From a virus (lineage: Duplodnaviria; Heunggongvirae; Uroviricota; Caudoviricetes): a stretch of 12,528 nucleotides of DNA. The stretch is from the IMG/VR virus record IMGVR_UViG_3300029068_000019; one strand, given 5' to 3'. The position numbers and the translations under genes were made by a program. The notes beneath the pieces are model-generated. The model was not told where the DNA came from, did no database searches, and was given only the letters and a program-made list of their open reading frames with translations. Shown in pieces: positions 1 to 8,150 of this stretch. Position 1 is the stretch's first letter; every line of letters starts with the position of its first letter.

Positions 1-115
1 TGTGGCGGCCTCAGTCCGGAACAATTTGAAAACCAGAACCTCGCTTAGGCCTGTGTCCATATTACGTGGGTAGGATCAGGTCGCTGTCTTCACAGCTTAC
101 GAACCTGAGGAGTAA
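1..115 (+). pseudogene. hok-family (HokD/RelF-like) toxin gene, 3' terminal remnant
   Basis: Frame 2 ends ...VAVFTAYEPEE then TAA at 113-115, matching the HokD/Gef C-terminus as I remember it. The same frame has an in-frame TAG at 71-73 and the upstream translation does not look like a Hok transmembrane segment, so only the last ~13 codons are recognisable. 5' end is cut by the window edge. Confidence 0.4.
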
Positions 116-183
116 GAGACCCGGCGAGGGAGAAATCCCTCGCCACCTCTGATGTGGCAGGCATCCTCAACGCACTCGCACTT

Positions 184-210
184 AACCCGCTTCGGCGGGT
201 TTTTGTTTTT
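184..210 (+). terminator. Rho-independent terminator downstream of the hok remnant
   Basis: 7-bp GC-rich stem AACCCGC/GCGGGTT around a TTCG tetraloop, followed by TTTTGTTTTT. A second stable 8-bp hairpin lies at 123-144 (GGCGAGGG/CCCTCGCC), typical of structured hok mRNA 3' ends. Confidence 0.7.
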
Positions 211-223
211 ATTTTCAACGCGT

Positions 224-253
224 TTGAAGTTCTGGACGGTGCCGGAATAGAAT
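224..253 (+). promoter_or_regulatory. Candidate sigma70 promoter for rem
   Basis: -35 TTGAAG (224-229), 18-bp spacer, -10 TAGAAT (248-253), about 80 nt upstream of the rem ATG. Hexamer match only. Confidence 0.3.
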
Positions 254-331
254 CAAAAATACTTAAGTAGCGCGCAGGGATAAGAGGGATGGTCCCTTAA
301 AGGGGAGAGCTAATTATCCGGAAGGATTCTG

Positions 332-583
332 ATGATGAACATCGAAGAACTGCGTAAAAATTTTTGTGAAGATGGCCTCTATGCTGTGTGCGTTGAAAAT
401 GGAAATCTTGTTAGTCATTACCGCATTATGTGTTTGCGAAAGAATGGGGCTGCGTTAATTAATTTTGTGGATGGTCGAGTGACAGACGGATTTATCTTGC
501 GCGAAGGTGAGTTTGTCACTTCATTACAGGCACTGAAAGAGATCGGAATAAAAGCAGGCTTTTCAGCTTTTGCAGAAGAATAA
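332..583 (+). CDS. rem: Rem-like small prophage protein (83 aa, function unknown)
   Basis: 83-aa ORF with tandem ATG ATG start and GGAAGGA Shine-Dalgarno 6 nt upstream. Length, MMNIEELRK N-terminus and position between hok and the ydfU-like gene match rem of the Qin prophage as I recall it. Confidence 0.75.
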   Translation: MMNIEELRKNFCEDGLYAVCVENGNLVSHYRIMCLRKNGAALINFVDGRVTDGFILREGEFVTSLQALKEIGIKAGFSAFAEE

Positions 584-649
584 ACTCATCTACAATCTTG
601 CGCGGGGCTGAACTCCCGCTGAGTAACACCGTGCCACCGGAGAAAACCG

Positions 650-928
650 ATGGCACGCAACGTAAAATATTACAATTCTGATAATTCGCCCGTTCTTGTC
701 TGCACGCACGAGCGGTATTCTCACGCATTCAAGTCTGAATGGTTCCAACACCCTCCATGCACTGAAGAGCAGGCTGAATGGATAATTCAGTGTTACCGCA
801 GGCGCGGATACGAGGTTAAGAAAGCCCTTAGTCTCGACTACCGTCACTGGATAATCTCAGTCAGATTGCCTTACTCCGAACGCCCACCGCGTCCGTCCCG
901 TACATTCCAGCAACGCATCTGGAGGTAA
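650..928 (+). CDS. Hypothetical small prophage protein (92 aa), translationally coupled to the downstream DUF968 gene
   Basis: ATG preceded by GGAGAAAA. The stop TAA at 926-928 lies inside the GGAGGTAA ribosome-binding site of the next gene, whose GTG is at 930. No family recognised. Confidence 0.5.
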   Translation: MARNVKYYNSDNSPVLVCTHERYSHAFKSEWFQHPPCTEEQAEWIIQCYRRRGYEVKKALSLDYRHWIISVRLPYSERPPRPSRTFQQRIWR

Positions 929-929
929 C

Positions 930-1979
930 GTGCGGGTATTACTTCGACCTGTTCTGGTACCGGAACTTGGGCTGGTGGTCGTTAAGCCGGGCCGTGAATC
1001 CATGCCGGTATTCCACAATACCCGGGTACTGGTGGAGCCGGAACCGAAAAGCATGCGTAATCTGCCGTCCGGGGTCGTTCCTGCCGTTCGCCAGCCGCTG
1101 GTGGAAGACAAAACATTGCTGCCGTTTTTCAGTAACGCACGGGTAATTCGTGCTGCTGGTGGTGCTGGTGCATTGTCTGACTGGCTGTTGCGCCATATTA
1201 AATCCTGCCAGTGGCCACACGGCGATTATCATCACAGCGAAACCGTTATTCACCGATATGGTACCGGCGCAATGGTGTTGTGCTGGCACTGCGACAACCA
1301 GCTGCGTGACCAGACATCCGAATCACTCGAGCAACTTGCTCATCAAAACCTGTCAGCATGGATGATTGACGTCATCGGTCACGCAATAAGCGGTACGCAG
1401 GAGCGTGAATTATCTCTGGCTGAATTATCCTGGTGGGCGGTCCGCAATCAGCTGGCGGACGCGCTACCGGAAGCGGTATTACGTCGCTCGCTGGGATTAC
1501 CAGCGGAAAAAATCTGCTCGGTGTACCGCGAAAGCGACATCGTACCGGGAGAGCAGACCGCCACCAGCATATTGAAACAGCGCACAAAAAATCTTGCACC
1601 GTTGCCTCACGCCCACCAGCAACAAAACCCATCACAGGAAAAGACGGTGGTAAGCATCACCGTTGATCCAGAGTCTCCGGAATCTTTCATGAAGCTGCCT
1701 AAACGTCACCGGTGGGTTAAGGAGAAATACACACGCTGGGTTAAGACACAGCCGTGTGCTTGCTGCGGTATGCCAGCCGACGATCCGCATCATCTGATTG
1801 GTCACGGGCAGGGCGGAATGGGAACCAAAGCACATGATCTCTTTGTTTTGCCTTTGTGCAGAAAGCATCACGACGAGTTGCATACGGATACCGTGGCATT
1901 TGAAGAGAAGTATGGCTCCCAACTGGAGCTGATTTTTCGATTTATCGATCGCGCGCTGGCAATTGGTGTGCTGGCCTAA
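930..1979 (+). CDS. ydfU: DUF968 / YdfU-like prophage protein with C-terminal HNH-like zinc-finger nuclease motif
   Basis: 349-aa ORF, GTG start with GGAGGT Shine-Dalgarno. C-terminus carries CACCG...HHLIGHG...C..HH.ELH, a Cys/His arrangement like the NinG/Rap-type HNH fold. Length and position upstream of Q match ydfU of Qin. Confidence 0.8.
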   Translation: MRVLLRPVLVPELGLVVVKPGRESMPVFHNTRVLVEPEPKSMRNLPSGVVPAVRQPLVEDKTLLPFFSNARVIRAAGGAGALSDWLLRHIKSCQWPHGDYHHSETVIHRYGTGAMVLCWHCDNQLRDQTSESLEQLAHQNLSAWMIDVIGHAISGTQERELSLAELSWWAVRNQLADALPEAVLRRSLGLPAEKICSVYRESDIVPGEQTATSILKQRTKNLAPLPHAHQQQNPSQEKTVVSITVDPESPESFMKLPKRHRWVKEKYTRWVKTQPCACCGMPADDPHHLIGHGQGGMGTKAHDLFVLPLCRKHHDELHTDTVAFEEKYGSQLELIFRFIDRALAIGVLA

Positions 1980-1996
1980 TTTTGTGGAGTAAGTTG

Positions 1997-2374
1997 ATGC
2001 GTGATATTCAGATGGTTCTTGAGCGTTGGGGGGCATGGGCGGCTAATAATCATGAAGATGTGACCTGGTCGTCCATTGCCGCCGGTTTTAAGGGATTAAT
2101 TCCTTCAAAAGTAAGATCTCGTCCGTAATGCTGTGACGATGACGCGATGATCATTTGTGAATGTATGGCTCGCCTGAAAAAAAACAACAGCGATTTACAT
2201 GATTTATTGGTGGACTATTATGTCGGCGGCATGACTTTTATGGCGCTTGCACGTAAGCATGGGCGATCTGATTGTTGGGTTGGCAGGATGCTCCAGAAAG
2301 CTGAGGGCGTAGTGGAGGGCATGCTGATGGTGTTGGATCTCCGATTGGAGATGGATGCTGATTGTTCGAAATAA
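1997..2374 (+). pseudogene. Late antiterminator Q (short QuuD-like family) interrupted by in-frame TAA at 2126-2128
   Basis: ATG 1997 with GGAG 7 nt upstream gives [43 protein letters not shown], then TAA, then in the same frame [18 protein letters not shown]...LEMDADCSK to the stop at 2372-2374. Joined length is 125 codons, the size of short prophage Q proteins, and sits immediately upstream of a promoter/terminator pair. A single C-to-T change in a CAA (Gln) codon would create this stop. Confidence 0.6.
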
Positions 2375-2386
2375 TTAAAGGAAAAG

Positions 2387-2415
2387 TTGCTGTCTGATTT
2401 TCATTAGTCTAACAT
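2387..2415 (+). promoter_or_regulatory. Candidate late promoter (pR'-like) directly after Q
   Basis: -35 TTGCTG (2387-2392), 17-bp spacer, -10 TAACAT (2410-2415). Position mirrors lambda pR'. Hexamers are imperfect. Confidence 0.3.
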
Positions 2416-2472
2416 TTTAAATGTTGGAATCGCAACGTAGTTATTATCATATAACAGCTTATTTCCTGATTT

Positions 2473-2501
2473 AGCCAGCCTCCCCAAAGGCTGGTTTTTT
2501 T
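2473..2501 (+). terminator. Rho-independent terminator (tR'-like) about 60-80 nt downstream of the candidate late promoter
   Basis: 7-bp stem CCAGCCT/AGGCTGG (2475-2481 with 2488-2494), CCCCAA loop, then a seven-T run at 2495-2501. Together with the promoter this resembles the lambda pR'-tR' short-transcript unit on which Q acts. Confidence 0.75.
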
Positions 2502-2529
2502 CTAATAAGTATCATTTCGGGTGGGGATT

Positions 2530-3054
2530 TTATTGTTTAACCCATAATAGTTCATTGACATTGAATCCCAACTTTTGAGCGGTACGCACATAGTCTGCTT
2601 TTACATTATCTGGAATAGTTTGGGTCCTTGCCAGAATCCATAGGTATTCTCTGTTCGGACCACTGACAAGAGCATACTTATACTCATCATCCAGTTTGAT
2701 TACATTATAGCCACCATAGAAGGGGCCAAAAAACGAAACTTTCAACGCTGCAGTTTTAGTATCTCCAGTAAAGTATGCTTTACCTTCGCTCTCGCTCCAT
2801 TTGTTTTTCGTTGGATCGTATCCACGGTTAAGTACGCGAATCCCTCCGTCGTTCCGTTTTTCATAAGTAGCGCTGACCTGTTCCAGACCACGTTCGAACC
2901 AGTTCTCGAGGCGAGCTATTTCATACCATTTTCCGAGGTAGCGGTTGGCGTCAAAATTTGTAATCGGCTGCACACCTTTAGGTGGTGTCGGGGCCTTACA
3001 TGCTATAAGAGTGAAAGAGAGTGCAATGCCAGTCAACACAGGCCATAACTTCAT
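2530..3054 (-). CDS. Blc-like bacterial lipocalin, predicted outer-membrane lipoprotein
   Basis: 174 aa. Signal peptide with lipobox LIAC (Cys19). Motifs NFDANRYLGKWYEIAR, KAYFTG, LKVSFFGPFYGGYNVI and YLWILART match E. coli Blc almost residue for residue in the conserved regions. AGGA Shine-Dalgarno 6 nt upstream on the - strand. Confidence 0.85.
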   Translation of the reverse strand: MKLWPVLTGIALSFTLIACKAPTPPKGVQPITNFDANRYLGKWYEIARLENWFERGLEQVSATYEKRNDGGIRVLNRGYDPTKNKWSESEGKAYFTGDTKTAALKVSFFGPFYGGYNVIKLDDEYKYALVSGPNREYLWILARTQTIPDNVKADYVRTAQKLGFNVNELLWVKQ

Positions 3055-3246
3055 AATAAATCCTGTACTTTTGATAGTTGAGAGTAAGTATGAAAGATAG
3101 ATGAGTACGACCGATCACTTAAAGAACTTTCCTACTATATTAGGAATAGTCAATAACAGAAAAATTGTCAGTGATGAAGCCAGAAAGGCAATTTAGTCCG
3201 TGCACTACAAAGTTTATGTGTTAATGAATTAGTCAAGGGGGAGGAA

Positions 3247-4206
3247 ATGATAAAAAAACCTGTGATTGGGATCAGCGGTTGTTTGGGCGGTTCTGCTGTT
3301 CGTTTTGATGGTGGTCACAAAAGAGATGACTTTTTAATGGACAAATTAGTGGAATGGGTAACATTCAGACCAGTATGTCCGGAAATGGCTATAGGGCTGC
3401 CAGTTCCGCGTCCTGCTCTACGACTTGTGCGCTCGAAGCAAGGAAATATACGGATGTGTTTCAGCCACGACCAGAATGAGGATGTGACAGAGAGAATGAC
3501 AGAGTTTAGTCGTTCTTATATGGACAAATTAAAGGATGTATCGGGGTTTGTGGTTTGTGCTAAATCTCCCAGCTGTGGCATGGAGCGCGTGCGTGTCTAT
3601 GATGAAAATGGTAATCGAGGTCGTAAAGATGGAGTGGGACTATTTACGAGCACTTTGATGGAAAAGTTTTCCTGGCTACCGGTTGAAGAGGATGGGCGAT
3701 TACATGATCCAGTGCTTCGTGAGAATTTTATTGAAAGAGTTTTTGCTTTGCATGAGCTCAATCACCTTTACAAGGAGAAATTATCAAGAAGAGAGTTATT
3801 AGCTTTTCATAGTCGTTATAAGCTTCAGTTGTTGGCGCATAGCCAGGCAGGCTATAAAGATATGGGACCATTTGTGGCTGCAATACACGAGTGGGCGGAC
3901 CTTGAATCATACTTTGAGGTGTATCGTGATAATCTGATGGCGATTCTCAGAAAACCAGCATCACGTAAAAATCACACGAATGTGCTGATGCATATACAAG
4001 GGTATTTTAGTAATTACTTAAGTACACGCCAGCGTAAAGAGTTGAGCGAGGTTATACTTAACTATCGCTTTGGCACATTGCCTCTTCTTGCGCCGTTGAC
4101 TCTGCTGAAGCATTATCTGGGTGAGTATCCTAATGATTACTTGCTTACACAGAACTACTTCGATCCCTATCCGGAAGAACTGGCTCTAAGACTGATGGTG
4201 AATTAA
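3247..4206 (+). CDS. DUF523 (TudS-like thiouracil desulfidase fold) fused to DUF1722 (YbgA-like)
   Basis: 319 aa with GGGGGAGG Shine-Dalgarno. N-terminus MIKKPVIGISGCLGGSAVRFDGGHK is the DUF523 signature. Cys12, Cys44 and Cys104 sit where the three [4Fe-4S] ligands of TudS-type enzymes are reported, from memory. The C-terminal ~160 aa is YbgA/DUF1722-like. Confidence 0.8.
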   Translation: MIKKPVIGISGCLGGSAVRFDGGHKRDDFLMDKLVEWVTFRPVCPEMAIGLPVPRPALRLVRSKQGNIRMCFSHDQNEDVTERMTEFSRSYMDKLKDVSGFVVCAKSPSCGMERVRVYDENGNRGRKDGVGLFTSTLMEKFSWLPVEEDGRLHDPVLRENFIERVFALHELNHLYKEKLSRRELLAFHSRYKLQLLAHSQAGYKDMGPFVAAIHEWADLESYFEVYRDNLMAILRKPASRKNHTNVLMHIQGYFSNYLSTRQRKELSEVILNYRFGTLPLLAPLTLLKHYLGEYPNDYLLTQNYFDPYPEELALRLMVN

Positions 4207-4612
4207 CTGTATGCGATATCATCTGAAAGTGATGAGTTCCTGTATGCAGGATATTTACAATCGTAAAAACTACGCTATGATGCTCATAGTGTCAGTTTTT
4301 ATAAAAATCCTGTTCACGCTAAAGAAGACATTGAGATGCAATTTAATGTTGGTAAACATACCAGCCCCAAAAGATTTTATTCAATCTGTTTTTATATGAA
4401 GATATTTCAAGTGAATATTAAGAGCATATAATATTATTATTGCACGCAGCTATTATAATATAACAGATTAGTTTAATGATTTGTTTTTTGTGAGTTAAAC
4501 ACATGGTTTTATAGTTGTGATGCAATGAGATTTTCCTTATTGTTGAACTGGCGAATATTGATTTTCCACCTATACTTACCTGGTGTAACCCCAATGATAT
4601 CAGGTGGATAAT

Positions 4613-5326
4613 ATGCCATACATATGTTCTATCATTTTGGTGTTGAACTCGTTTGGTGTCCGAATTGGTAAAGAAGATATTTTGTTTAAAAAAGGAAATG
4701 CTGTCCTCATTGAATACAATTTAAAAGATCTTTTTTCGTCAAATACAGATCATCTAATGATCGTAGATGTTGAGGAGAAAACAGTTAATGATTTCTTTAA
4801 AAACTACACACTCTCACCTTTTTCTGTAAGAAGGTTTTATCCGTCATACTTGATAGTAGAATGTGAAGATTTTTCATTGTTAAAGAACTTGGTTGCATGC
4901 TTGAATTGTGATAGCAAAACCGTGGATGTAGTTAGAAATCAAATATCACTTGCATGTCTTGCTGTCTTATCTTCAGAGAAAATAGTGCAAAGTTTTTTGT
5001 TCGGAAGTCTTAATAGCTTAGGTTGTAAAGTTAAGGCTATTATTCACTCGGATATCTCTGCGTCATGGAGACTTTGTGATATATCTTCAAGATTATATAT
5101 GAGCGAGAGTTTGTTAAAAAGAAAATTAAAAGACGAAGGATTATCGTTTAGTAAATTAATTCTTGAAGAACGAATGATGATGGCGCAAAGATTATTGATC
5201 TACAGTAACCATACTGTCGGCAAGGTGGCGGGAATATGCGGGTATGACAATGCATCATATTTTGTAAGTGTTTTTAGAGGATATTTTGGTGTGCCTCCGC
5301 ACCAATATTTATCAAGATTTTCTTAG
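4613..5326 (+). CDS. AraC/XylS-family transcriptional regulator (AppY/GadX/PatE-like)
   Basis: 237 aa from ATG 4613 (AGGTGG Shine-Dalgarno 5 nt upstream; the ORF track starts at GTG 4604). The C-terminal ~100 aa carries the two AraC helix-turn-helix units (...LLKRKLKDEGLSFSKLILEERMMMAQRLL...GYDNASYFVSVFRGYFGVPPHQY). Gene and its upstream region are strongly AT-rich. Confidence 0.8.
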   Translation: MPYICSIILVLNSFGVRIGKEDILFKKGNAVLIEYNLKDLFSSNTDHLMIVDVEEKTVNDFFKNYTLSPFSVRRFYPSYLIVECEDFSLLKNLVACLNCDSKTVDVVRNQISLACLAVLSSEKIVQSFLFGSLNSLGCKVKAIIHSDISASWRLCDISSRLYMSESLLKRKLKDEGLSFSKLILEERMMMAQRLLIYSNHTVGKVAGICGYDNASYFVSVFRGYFGVPPHQYLSRFS

Positions 5327-5394
5327 AAGATATGATGTGATGGCATTTTATAAAGTTATTTTTTGAAGTGTAAGATTATACGATATTTTTAGCT

Positions 5395-5426
5395 ACGCCA
5401 GAATAATTGCTGGCGTTTTTCTTTTT
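5395..5426 (+). terminator. Rho-independent terminator after the AraC-family gene
   Basis: 7-bp stem ACGCCAG/CTGGCGT, 8-nt loop, then TTTTTCTTTTT. Confidence 0.65.
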
Positions 5427-5516
5427 GAATAGATGTTCGGGCCTTACGCTAATGTAACTTCTTTCCTTCTTCGAACCAAACCGTGTACACCATCCGTTAT
5501 CTGCGGAGGTGAGGCT

Positions 5517-5732
5517 ATGAAATCCATGGATAAGTTAACAACGGGCATCGCCTACAGCACCTCTGCAGGCAGTGCTGGCTACTGGTTTTTACAGTTGCTC
5601 GATAAAGTCACGCCCTCACAGTGGGCGGCAATAGGTGTATTGGGTAGTCTGGTATTTGGCATGCTGACGTATCTGACAAATCTTTATTTCAAGATTAAAG
5701 AAGACAGGCGTAAGGCTGCGAGAGGAGAGTAA
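5517..5732 (+). CDS. Class II holin, phage 21 S-like pinholin with dual-start motif
   Basis: 71 aa beginning [24 protein letters not shown], i.e. Met1-Lys-Ser-Met4 dual start as in S21. Two transmembrane segments and a charged C-terminus ([13 protein letters not shown]). GGAGGTGAGG Shine-Dalgarno upstream. The track's extension back to 5433 has no ribosome-binding site and is discounted. Confidence 0.85.
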   Translation: MKSMDKLTTGIAYSTSAGSAGYWFLQLLDKVTPSQWAAIGVLGSLVFGMLTYLTNLYFKIKEDRRKAARGE

Positions 5733-5736
5733 TCCA

Positions 5737-6044
5737 ATGACTCAAGACTATGAACTGGTTGTGAAAGGAGTCCGTAATTTTGAGAATAAAGTTACGGTAA
5801 CTGTAGCCTTACAGGACAAAGAACGCTTTGACGGTGAAATTTTTGGCCTGGATGTCGCCATGGACCGTGTTGAAGGAGCTGCGCTGGAGTTTTATGAGGC
5901 AGCAGCCAGAATGAGCGTCCGGCAAGTCTTCCTGGAAGTAGCAGAAAAATTGTCAGAAAAAGTTGAGTCTTATCTGCAGCATCAGTACTCCTTTAAGATT
6001 GAAAATCCTGCCAATAAGCACGAGCGTCCTCATCATAAATATCT

Positions 6045-6048
<4 letters not shown>
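5737..6048 (+). CDS. Hypothetical 103-aa protein embedded between holin and endolysin (YdfR-like by position and size)
   Basis: AGGAGAG Shine-Dalgarno. Starts 4 nt after the holin stop and its TGA overlaps the endolysin ATG (ATGA). Acidic, no transmembrane segment. Qin has a 103-aa ydfR in the same slot, from memory. Confidence 0.6.
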
Positions 6049-7072
<1,024 letters not shown>

Positions 7073-7323
7073 ATTAATATTAAATCGGATTATTTTTAGC
7101 GCTGAATGTGAAATTTAAATAAAAAGGACTCTTCCATGAGTCAAAATCCTTGAAATCTTAAGGGTAAGATAAAAGGTCATTAGACAGAATGACACGTTTT
7201 ATTAATAAATAAAGCTATTGTTTCATTCGTGTGTTTTTCTTTACAAAAGTAATCCTTGCTATGGTTGGTTAATCATGCGTTAATGGTGTTCTGGTTTGTT
7301 ACAAAATTATCTGAAGCAGTCAT

Positions 7324-7332
7324 TGTTATAAT
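7324..7332 (+). promoter_or_regulatory. Candidate extended -10 promoter (TGtTATAAT) for the cold-shock gene, implying a ~100-nt leader
   Basis: Perfect TATAAT at 7327-7332 with TG at 7324-7325, inside a long AT-rich untranslated region. No convincing -35. Confidence 0.3.
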
Positions 7333-7432
7333 TTTATTATTTGTACCTCTTGAGATTTCCTTGTTGGTTTTTCTCTCTGATATTTTTTTTCGGACCATTC
7401 TGCCCAAGGGCTAACTTCTTCAAAAGGTAATA

Positions 7433-7648
7433 ATGATGTCTAACAAAATGACTGGTTTAGTGAAATGGTTTAACCCTGAAAAAGGTTTTGGTTTCATCAC
7501 GCCGAAAGATGGTAGCAAAGATGTGTTTGTGCATTTCTCAGCTATTCAGAGCAACGATTTCAAAACGTTAACTGAGAATCAGGAAGTCGAATTTGGTATT
7601 GAGAACGGACCTAAAGGCCCTGCAGCTGTTCATGTAGTGGCACTTTGA
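7433..7648 (+). CDS. CspA-family cold-shock protein (CspB/CspI-like)
   Basis: [24 protein letters not shown]...VFVHFSAIQ carries the RNP1/RNP2 motifs. The true start may be the second ATG at 7436 (MSNKMTG...). AAGG Shine-Dalgarno upstream. Confidence 0.9.
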   Translation: MMSNKMTGLVKWFNPEKGFGFITPKDGSKDVFVHFSAIQSNDFKTLTENQEVEFGIENGPKGPAAVHVVAL

Positions 7649-7852
7649 GGTAGAAAATATTACAAACCATATTCACTTTAGATGCCCGTGTTGCCATGGT
7701 TCTCAGTATAGAACATCATCTTTTGATGTTTCTGACAGAAATCCTTTCGGGGCAAAATGTATCTTTTGTAAATCAATGATGATTACATTTGATAATATTT
7801 CACAATACTTAAATGTTAGCCATCTGTCGTTAGATTTAAGAAAGTGAAAATG

Positions 7853-7878
7853 AAGGCTCCTTCGGGAGCTTTTTTGCT
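7853..7878 (+). terminator. Rho-independent terminator
   Basis: 8-bp stem AAGGCTCC/GGAGCTTT around a TTCG tetraloop, followed by a T run. Confidence 0.65.
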
Positions 7879-7919
7879 TAGTGTCTAGTCGATGGATACT
7901 CACATATTACGGTAACATT

Positions 7920-8150
7920 ATGAAAAAAATAATAGTTTTTTTTAACTCTGAACCAGCAATGGTAGTGCCAGTGATGACCGGAGTTAACACCATCATGCGT
8001 GAATATCCAAATGGCGAAACAACACACCTCACTGTAATGGCTGCAGGGTTTCCATCTCTGACCGGAGATCATAAAGTCATTTATGTAGCAGCGGATCGAC
8101 ATGTAACTTCAGAAGAAATTCTGGAAGCAGCAATGAGACTCTTGAATTGA
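7920..8150 (+). CDS. Small prophage protein, 77 aa (possibly YdfK/YnaE-like cold-shock-associated protein)
   Basis: ATG 7920 gives MKKIIVFFNSEPAMVVPV... The track's GTG 7881 start would overlap the terminator and is discounted. No clear Shine-Dalgarno. Family call rests only on length and context. Confidence 0.45.
   Translation: MKKIIVFFNSEPAMVVPVMTGVNTIMREYPNGETTHLTVMAAGFPSLTGDHKVIYVAADRHVTSEEILEAAMRLLN

Noticed and set aside
516-1666. Track ORFs 516..728(-), 590..847(-), 857..1111(-), 939..1289(-), 1150..1365(+), 1372..1635(-), 1433..1666(+)
   Set aside because: All overlap rem, the 92-aa ORF or the ydfU-like gene in other frames or on the opposite strand, with no ribosome-binding sites or recognisable motifs. 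Treated as frame shadows of GC-rich coding sequence.
1632-2036. 134-aa - strand ORF spanning the ydfU-like 3' end and the Q 5' end
   Set aside because: Antisense to two co-oriented genes with good signals. No start context or motif.
4211-4399. 62-aa + strand ORF in the AT-rich spacer before the AraC-family gene
   Set aside because: Chance ORF of AT-rich DNA with a Lys/Ile/Phe-heavy product and no ribosome-binding site. A small hydrophobic peptide cannot be fully excluded.
5433-5516. N-terminal extension of the holin ORF in the track ([10 protein letters not shown]...)
   Set aside because: No ribosome-binding site and it overlaps the upstream terminator. The strong Shine-Dalgarno and the conserved MKSM dual start place the real start at 5517.
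7125-7145. Hairpin GACTC-(6 nt)-GAGTC with a T run only on the - strand, in the csp leader
   Set aside because: It would terminate - strand transcription, but no - strand gene lies upstream of it. Possibly part of the csp 5' leader structure, so not called as a terminator.
7703-8102. - strand ORFs 7703..7903 and 7878..8102
   Set aside because: They overlap the terminator hairpin and the + strand 77-aa ORF, with no ribosome-binding sites.
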